DNA of 64,000 nucleotides from Gammaproteobacteria bacterium GWE2_42_36 (GTDB lineage Bacteria; Pseudomonadota; Gammaproteobacteria; UBA12402): NCBI GenBank assembly GCA_001801305.1, contig MGXH01000002.1, positions 3,054 to 67,053 of the forward strand, read 5' to 3'. Shown piece by piece: positions 58,456 to 64,000 of this stretch (position 1 is its first letter; each line of letters starts with the position of its first letter). The notes under the pieces were generated by a model. It saw only the letters and a program-made list of their open reading frames with translations, ran no database searches and was not told where the DNA came from. The position numbers and the translations under genes were made by a program.

Positions 58456-59388
58456 ATGTTGAAATTTTTACATAAAAACCTACAAGGTTTTTTCTTGAGA
58501 CTATCAATCAAAAAATATCATATATCTCGATGGATGATGGTTTTTGTTTTTTTGATCCTTCTTGTTTTAGGTGTTTGGTATTGGTTATATAGTCAAAATT
58601 ATGTGACAACCGATGATGCTTATGTTAAAGCGAATGTTGTTCAAATCGCCCCACAAATTGGCGGAAAAGTGATCAATGTTGCTGTGGTTGATAACGCTTT
58701 TGTGCATCAAAACCAGCTGCTTTTCCAAATTGATCCTGCGCCTTTTTTAATTGAAGTAAATCGCGCTCAAGCGCAACTTGAAAAAGATTCGGCGACTTTA
58801 GAAAATGCAATGATTTCTACTACGCGAATTTTTACTTTAGCCAGAAAACATTTTTTATCTCAACAAGAACAAGATGATTTTGTCGAAAAACTAAAAAGTG
58901 CCAAAGCGATGGTTAAGCTGGATCAAGCCGATTTAAATCACGCGCAACTCAATTTGCAATATACGAATGTCACAGCGCCGACTGATGGATGGATCACGAA
59001 TCTATCATTAAGACCGGGTGATTCTGTGAATGTCGCCGAACCTGTTTTTGCATTAGTCAGCAATCGAGATTTTTGGGTTGAGGCCAATGTGAAAGAAACT
59101 GATTTCGAACATCTGAAAACTAACCAAAAAGCGACGATTATTTTAGATATGTACCCCGGGCATTCTTTTAATGGGGTAGTGGATAGCTTAAGTCGCGGGA
59201 GTGGCGAAGTATTTTCTTTGTTGCCGCCCGAAAATGCGACGGGCAATTGGGTGAAAGTCACACAACGTGTCCCCGTTAAAATTCGCTTTATCGACCCCGA
59301 TCCATCTTATCCATTACGTATTGGTGTCACGGCTTCTGTTAAGATTGACCTCCATTCAACGCGGACGTCAAATGAAAAGCCCCGCTGA
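58456..59388 (+). CDS. emrA: HlyD-family membrane fusion protein (EmrA-like)
   Basis: N-terminal TM anchor, coiled-coil region and beta-barrel motifs (VQIAPQIGGKVINV, TAPTDGWITNLSLRPGD). Confidence 0.8.
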   Translation: MLKFLHKNLQGFFLRLSIKKYHISRWMMVFVFLILLVLGVWYWLYSQNYVTTDDAYVKANVVQIAPQIGGKVINVAVVDNAFVHQNQLLFQIDPAPFLIEVNRAQAQLEKDSATLENAMISTTRIFTLARKHFLSQQEQDDFVEKLKSAKAMVKLDQADLNHAQLNLQYTNVTAPTDGWITNLSLRPGDSVNVAEPVFALVSNRDFWVEANVKETDFEHLKTNQKATIILDMYPGHSFNGVVDSLSRGSGEVFSLLPPENATGNWVKVTQRVPVKIRFIDPDPSYPLRIGVTASVKIDLHSTRTSNEKPR

Positions 59389-60880
59389 GTATTCTAATAC
59401 GGAACGTTGGATAATTACATTAACCGTCATGTCGGCGGCTTTAATGCAGGTATTAGATACCACGATTGTGAATGTTGCCTTGCCACATATGCAAGGGTCA
59501 TTAGGTGCGACGTCGGATCAAATCACTTGGACTTTAACGGGTTATATGGTCGCATCAGGCATTATCATGCCACTGACCGGTTATTTTTCAGACCGCTTAG
59601 GGCGGAAAAATTATTTATTTATTAGCATTTTAGGATTTACCTTAACTTCTGCATTATGTGGTGCAGCCGGTTCACTAACCAGCATGGTTTTTTTTCGTCT
59701 TTTACAAGGCATGTTTGGCGCAGCGCTTGTTCCACTTTCCCAGGCTATTTTAGCGGATGTCTATCCTAAGGAAGAGCAGGGAAAAGCCATGGCAATTTGG
59801 GGTGTGGGTATCATGGCAGGTCCTATTTTGGGTCCGACGTTGGGGGGGTATTTGACGCAAATGGCGAGTTGGCGATGGACATTTTATATCAATATTCCTG
59901 TCGGCATCATGGCTATGATTCTCACAGCGCTGGTTGTTCCTGGTAATGTGAAACGAGAGCGCAAAATGGATTGGCTCGGGCTTTTTTACTTATCTTTATC
60001 AATAGCCTCTTTACAGTATTTTCTTGATCGCGGAGATTATCGAGATTGGTTTAATGCGTGGGATATTCGCATTGCAACGGCACTGGGATTTTTTGGTTTG
60101 ATCGGGTTTGTGGTTCATAATCTATTTAATTCACGACACATTGTTTTTAATATCCGAATTTTTTTAGATCGAAATTTTACACTCGCCAGTTTATTGCTTG
60201 CAGGAGTAGGATTAGGCTTATACGGAACGATGGTGATTCAGCCGATTTTGCTTCAGCATTTATTGAATTATCCTGTCTTTACCGCAGGGCTTGTGATGAT
60301 CCCTCGAGGAATTAGTAGCATGATTAGTATGATGCTAGTCGGGAAAATAATTACGCGGATTAACCCTCGAACACTCATTATTGCAGGCGTTTTAATCTGT
60401 ATTTTGGGAGTAAAATTGACTGTCTATTATTCGCTTAATATCAGTCCGATATGGATTATTTGGCCATCCGTCGTACAGGGATTTGGCTTGGGACTGATTT
60501 TTGTTCCACTTTCTGTCATAGCGTTTTCAACATTACCCGCTAATCTTCGCATGGATGCAACAGGGGTATTTAGCTTATTACGTACTATGGGTTCAACGAT
60601 TGGCATTTCAATTTGCATGACGGTGTATGTTCGCGGTATACAAAAAGCCTGGAATTTACTCAGTGGATTTGTTAATCCTTATAACGTATCGATGCCGTTT
60701 TATTTACACAAACTTCATGTCTCTTCATTTTACTCACCAAAAGCGGTGAGCGTTATTACGCTTGAGCTTGCTCGGCAGGCGCAAATGATAGCGATGGTGA
60801 ATGCGTTTTCATTTATTGAGTGGAGTTTTATACTCATGTTGCCATTGGTTTTTTTATTGCGTAATCCCACCCATCACTGA
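59372..60880 (+). CDS. emrB: DHA2-family MFS multidrug efflux transporter (EmrB-like, 14 TM)
   Basis: The start was taken at MKSPAEYSNTERWIITLTVMSAALMQVLDTTIVNVALPHMQGSLG (EmrB/QacA signature), overlapping the emrA end by 17 nt. Confidence 0.85.
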   Translation: MKSPAEYSNTERWIITLTVMSAALMQVLDTTIVNVALPHMQGSLGATSDQITWTLTGYMVASGIIMPLTGYFSDRLGRKNYLFISILGFTLTSALCGAAGSLTSMVFFRLLQGMFGAALVPLSQAILADVYPKEEQGKAMAIWGVGIMAGPILGPTLGGYLTQMASWRWTFYINIPVGIMAMILTALVVPGNVKRERKMDWLGLFYLSLSIASLQYFLDRGDYRDWFNAWDIRIATALGFFGLIGFVVHNLFNSRHIVFNIRIFLDRNFTLASLLLAGVGLGLYGTMVIQPILLQHLLNYPVFTAGLVMIPRGISSMISMMLVGKIITRINPRTLIIAGVLICILGVKLTVYYSLNISPIWIIWPSVVQGFGLGLIFVPLSVIAFSTLPANLRMDATGVFSLLRTMGSTIGISICMTVYVRGIQKAWNLLSGFVNPYNVSMPFYLHKLHVSSFYSPKAVSVITLELARQAQMIAMVNAFSFIEWSFILMLPLVFLLRNPTHH

Positions 60881-60961
60881 TTTTTTTATCCGAATAAATC
60901 AATTACGATGAAATAATTTTTTAGGTCAACCATTCGCGCTCAATTAAGCGGTATTTGTGGT

Positions 60962-60991
60962 TTGAATGTAAGATGAAACTGTGTTTATACT
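60962..60991 (+). promoter_or_regulatory. candidate sigma70 promoter for fabH-nitroreductase (TTGAAT, 18 bp spacer, TATACT)
   Basis: Hexamers read from the sequence about 40 nt upstream of the fabH start. Confidence 0.3.
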
Positions 60992-61028
60992 AGAATAGTT
61001 TTTACAAGAGAAATGAGTCATTTAAACG

Positions 61029-62027
61029 ATGAAAACAAACCGATCTGTTCATGCGGTGATTACCGCGGTAGGCATGTACGTGCCGGAAAAAATTTTAGAT
61101 AACAAGTATTTTGAGTCCATTGTAGAGACCAGCGATGAATGGATCGTTTCGCGTACGGGGATTAGAGAAAGAAGAATGATGGAGCAGGGGGCAACCAGCG
61201 ATATGGCCGCTAAAGCGATTGAAGATTTAATGAGAACATCTTCATTAAAACCGGAAGAAATTGAGGTTATTATCGTTGCGACAGTTACACCGGATATGCC
61301 TTGTCCCGCTACGGCCTGTTTTGTTCAGCATAAAATTGGTGCGACAAAAGCTTGGGGTTTTGATCTTTCGGCGGCTTGTTCTGGTTTTTTATTTGCGCTG
61401 CAAACTGGCGCTAAGTTGATTGAGAGCGGCACGTATAAAAAAGTGATCGTCGTTGGGGCAGATAAAATGAGCGCCGTTACGGATTATACGGATCGGAATA
61501 ATTGTATTCTTTTCGGCGATGCGGCATCTGCTGTGCTTTTAGAACCGACCGAAAACCTTGATGAAGGGATTAAGGATGCGATATTGCACATAGATGGCAG
61601 TGGGGTTAATTCATTGCATATGAAAGCAGGCGGTAGTTTATATCCTGCTTCTCATCAAACGGTCGAGAATAAATGGCATTACGTCTATCAAGATGGAAAA
61701 ACGGTTTTTAAAGCGGCAGTCAAAGGGATGGCTGATGTGGCCTATGAAATCATGCAGAGAAATCATTTAAGCGCTGATGATGTGGCTTATCTTGTGCCGC
61801 ATCAAGCGAACTTAAGGATTATTGATGCGACGGCTGAACGCATGGGTATTTCAAAAGATAAAGTGATTATTAACATTGATCGTTATGGCAATACAACGGC
61901 GGCAACCATCCCTTTATGTTTAACCGAATATGAGCGAGCCGGAAAAATCAAAAAGGGCGATAATCTTATTTTGGCGGCTTTTGGAGCAGGTTATACTTGG
62001 GGCGCCATGTATTTGACATGGCGTTAA
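61029..62027 (+). CDS. fabH: 3-oxoacyl-ACP synthase III (KAS III / FabH family), orphan copy outside a fab cluster
   Basis: Catalytic Cys-His-Asn present (AACSGFLFAL, VPHQANLRI, YGNTTAAT). 332 aa. Confidence 0.85.
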   Translation: MKTNRSVHAVITAVGMYVPEKILDNKYFESIVETSDEWIVSRTGIRERRMMEQGATSDMAAKAIEDLMRTSSLKPEEIEVIIVATVTPDMPCPATACFVQHKIGATKAWGFDLSAACSGFLFALQTGAKLIESGTYKKVIVVGADKMSAVTDYTDRNNCILFGDAASAVLLEPTENLDEGIKDAILHIDGSGVNSLHMKAGGSLYPASHQTVENKWHYVYQDGKTVFKAAVKGMADVAYEIMQRNHLSADDVAYLVPHQANLRIIDATAERMGISKDKVIINIDRYGNTTAATIPLCLTEYERAGKIKKGDNLILAAFGAGYTWGAMYLTWR

Positions 62028-62051
62028 AATCGGCCTCACTTAATTTAAGGT

Positions 62052-62807
62052 ATGAATATGAACGACACCATTAAAACGATTCATCATCTCAGGACCATTC
62101 ATGGCGATTTTTCTGATAAAAAAATTGATGATAAATACCTGGATATTATTTTGCAGGCTGCAATACGCGCTGCCACTGCGTCGGCACGTCAAAGTTATTC
62201 GATTATCGTTATCAAAGACAAAGAAAAAATCCGCCAACTATCCGAATATGTTGGTGATACGCTATTGGTATTTTGTGTTGATTTCACGCGCCTGATTGAG
62301 TTGGCGAAACACTTGAATCATACGTTTGAGATAAGTGATGCGATTGGATTTGTTACGGGTAGCGCTGATACGATGATGGCAGCACAAACGGCATGTATTG
62401 CTGCAAAAAGTTTAGGGATTGATTCGTTGTTTACTCAACGAGGGCTTCACCGACGTGATATAAAAAAAGTGTTTGAAATGCTTAATTTGCCAGAGCAATA
62501 TTGCTTTCCTTTGATTGCTTTGGTATTAGGTTATCCGCGTGTTGAGCCGAGTTTTCAAAAAGGACGTCTCAGCGAAAAAAGTGTTATTCATTGGGATACG
62601 TATCATCCTTTATCCCCAGAGGAAAAAGCGTCATTGATTACGCAATATGATGACAAAAATCAACACCTGGGGTTAATAGAAAATTGGGAACAGTTTGGTC
62701 TGGCACACTATTTAGATTGGTTTTATACAAAATGGGCTCGGCGACCCGATACAAAGAATTTTGTATTGGCCTTAAAAAGAGCAGGTTTTTTGCCATCGGA
62801 AAAGTGA
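62052..62807 (+). CDS. nitroreductase-family flavoprotein
   Basis: 251 aa whose N-terminal region resembles the nitroreductase fold (LRTIHGDFSD..., ATASARQSYSIIVIKD). 24 nt downstream of fabH. Weaker assignment. Confidence 0.5.
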   Translation: MNMNDTIKTIHHLRTIHGDFSDKKIDDKYLDIILQAAIRAATASARQSYSIIVIKDKEKIRQLSEYVGDTLLVFCVDFTRLIELAKHLNHTFEISDAIGFVTGSADTMMAAQTACIAAKSLGIDSLFTQRGLHRRDIKKVFEMLNLPEQYCFPLIALVLGYPRVEPSFQKGRLSEKSVIHWDTYHPLSPEEKASLITQYDDKNQHLGLIENWEQFGLAHYLDWFYTKWARRPDTKNFVLALKRAGFLPSEK

Positions 62808-62876
62808 TCAAACATAAAAATACTTGCGATAAAAATCCTAACTATTTGATAGCGATTAATTTTTTCTTATTTTTCA

Positions 62877-62885
62877 TGCTATAAT
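62877..62885 (+). promoter_or_regulatory. extended -10 element (TGcTATAAT) upstream of the MATE gene, implying a ~190-nt 5' leader
   Basis: Read from the sequence; no strong -35 element. Confidence 0.25.
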
Positions 62886-63076
62886 CAAAACTAAGATTGA
62901 GGTCAACGGTGATCTTGTTAAGGTGTTTTTTTAGAGATCAGTGTTTCTTTATGGAAGTGCCTGTGTTTTCGTAGTTTAATCACACGGATATCCCCGTAGA
63001 ACGAATATTTAAGTATCCTTCTATAAAACTAGAATCGCACACATCAGCGTGCCTTTCAATAAGAAGAAATAACAAA

Positions 63077-64000
63077 ATGAATCAAAAAAAAATGCTGCAA
63101 ACGATTTTTTCAGAAACAAAACAATCTTTTGTTTTATCCTTGCCGCTGATGGCTTCAAATTTAGTGCGATCAGCTAGCGGTTTTGTCGGTACCCTGATGG
63201 TTGCTCATTTGGGAAAGACAACGTTAGATGGAATGGCGCTTGGGAGTTCCGTGTTTTTTACACTCGTCGTTTTCTTTTTTGGTATATTGAATTCGGTTAG
63301 CGTACTGGTATCACAACATTATGGCGCAGAAAATCACGAGGGCGTGAGAAAAGCCGTGTCACAGGGATTTGTTTTGGCGATCCTGGTGAGTGTGCCGATG
63401 TATTTTATTATTTTTATATCCCCCTTTGTTTTTCGCTTTACTCATGAAAGTCCCGAAATCATTCACTGGGCAACAGTGTATTTACGTACGATATCCATTG
63501 CGATTTTACCTTTTTCATTCTTGATTGTGATGAATCAATTTTTAGTAGGGATGTCAAAAACTCGTGTGGTCTTATTGATCAATTTAGTGCAAGTGCCCTT
63601 TGAGATTTTATTTACCTATGTATTCGTCTATGGTCGCTTTGGTATTCCTAAATTTGGGGTAGCGGGTGTAGGATATGCTTTTGCAATAGTTTTTACGCTT
63701 GCCGCAATTTGTAATGGCGTCTACATTAATAAATCAAGATATCGTTCATTTAACATATTCGCCAATTTTGGAAAGATCAGTTCGGATTATTTGATTGAAT
63801 TAATAAAAATTGGATGGCCTATTGGCTGCTTGAGTGTGATTGAAGTAGCCTTATTTGCTACCGTTACATTTTTTATGGGGGAGCTTGGCTCTGACCCATT
63901 AGCGGCTTACCAAATTCTCAGCCAATATATTGGGCCGAGTATTATGATCATTTTTGCCTTGTCTCAGGTGGCTACTATTCGCGTCGGTCAAGCCGTTGGC
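63077..64000 (+). CDS. MATE-family efflux transporter (NorM/DinF-like), N-terminal 308 aa; continues past window end
   Basis: ATG at 63077 with an upstream AAGAAGAAA. The frame is open to the window end. MATE hallmarks are present (MLQTIFSETKQSFVLSLPLMASNLVRSASGFVGTLMVAHLG, VLVSQHYGA). It is not in the ORF track because it has no in-window stop. Confidence 0.8.
   Translation, partial: MNQKKMLQTIFSETKQSFVLSLPLMASNLVRSASGFVGTLMVAHLGKTTLDGMALGSSVFFTLVVFFFGILNSVSVLVSQHYGAENHEGVRKAVSQGFVLAILVSVPMYFIIFISPFVFRFTHESPEIIHWATVYLRTISIAILPFSFLIVMNQFLVGMSKTRVVLLINLVQVPFEILFTYVFVYGRFGIPKFGVAGVGYAFAIVFTLAAICNGVYINKSRYRSFNIFANFGKISSDYLIELIKIGWPIGCLSVIEVALFATVTFFMGELGSDPLAAYQILSQYIGPSIMIIFALSQVATIRVGQAVG

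Overview
This 64 kb chromosomal window is AT-rich (roughly 40% GC by eye) and comes from a gammaproteobacterium whose gene content and synteny look Legionellales-like. The conserved core comprises ogt, rpsP-rimM-trmD-rplS, scpA-scpB-rluB, a Sua5/TsaC gene, alaS-csrA, trxB, coaBC, suhB, typA, sdaA, potABCD, tRNA-Leu followed by tig-clpP-clpX-lon-hupB, tRNA-Val and tRNA-Asp, and ppiD. An EnhA-like L,D-transpeptidase, an M23 peptidase and an outer-membrane beta-barrel protein sit together around 33.7-36.7 kb. Five accessory-looking blocks are interleaved with the core. (1) A four-gene Arn-like lipid-A aminoarabinose module has a stand-alone ArnA-type decarboxylase and no formyltransferase, ArnD or ArnT in the window. 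(2) An unusual alpha-glucan locus encodes a 1405-aa GT3 glycogen synthase fused to a GT35 alpha-glucan phosphorylase, next to a GH57 enzyme, a GT4 transferase and an amylo-1,6-glucosidase-type debranching enzyme. (3) A GH65 disaccharide phosphorylase and a beta-phosphoglucomutase are separated by a 228-aa Pro/Ser/Thr-rich low-complexity ORF of distinct composition. (4) A right-hand block carries a Met-gamma-lyase-like enzyme, a glycerate kinase, a TetR regulator, EamA, EmrAB and MATE exporters, and an orphan FabH next to a nitroreductase. (5) Several small palindromic or repeat elements occur in intergenic DNA: a dispersed 22-bp REP-like palindrome in at least four copies, a 125-bp element bounded by perfect 18-bp inverted repeats after sdaA, and a DR-IR-DR miniature element in the potA leader. 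No rRNA, CRISPR, IS or integrase, phage or obvious defense genes were recognised. Sites located by hand-counting may be off by one or two nucleotides.
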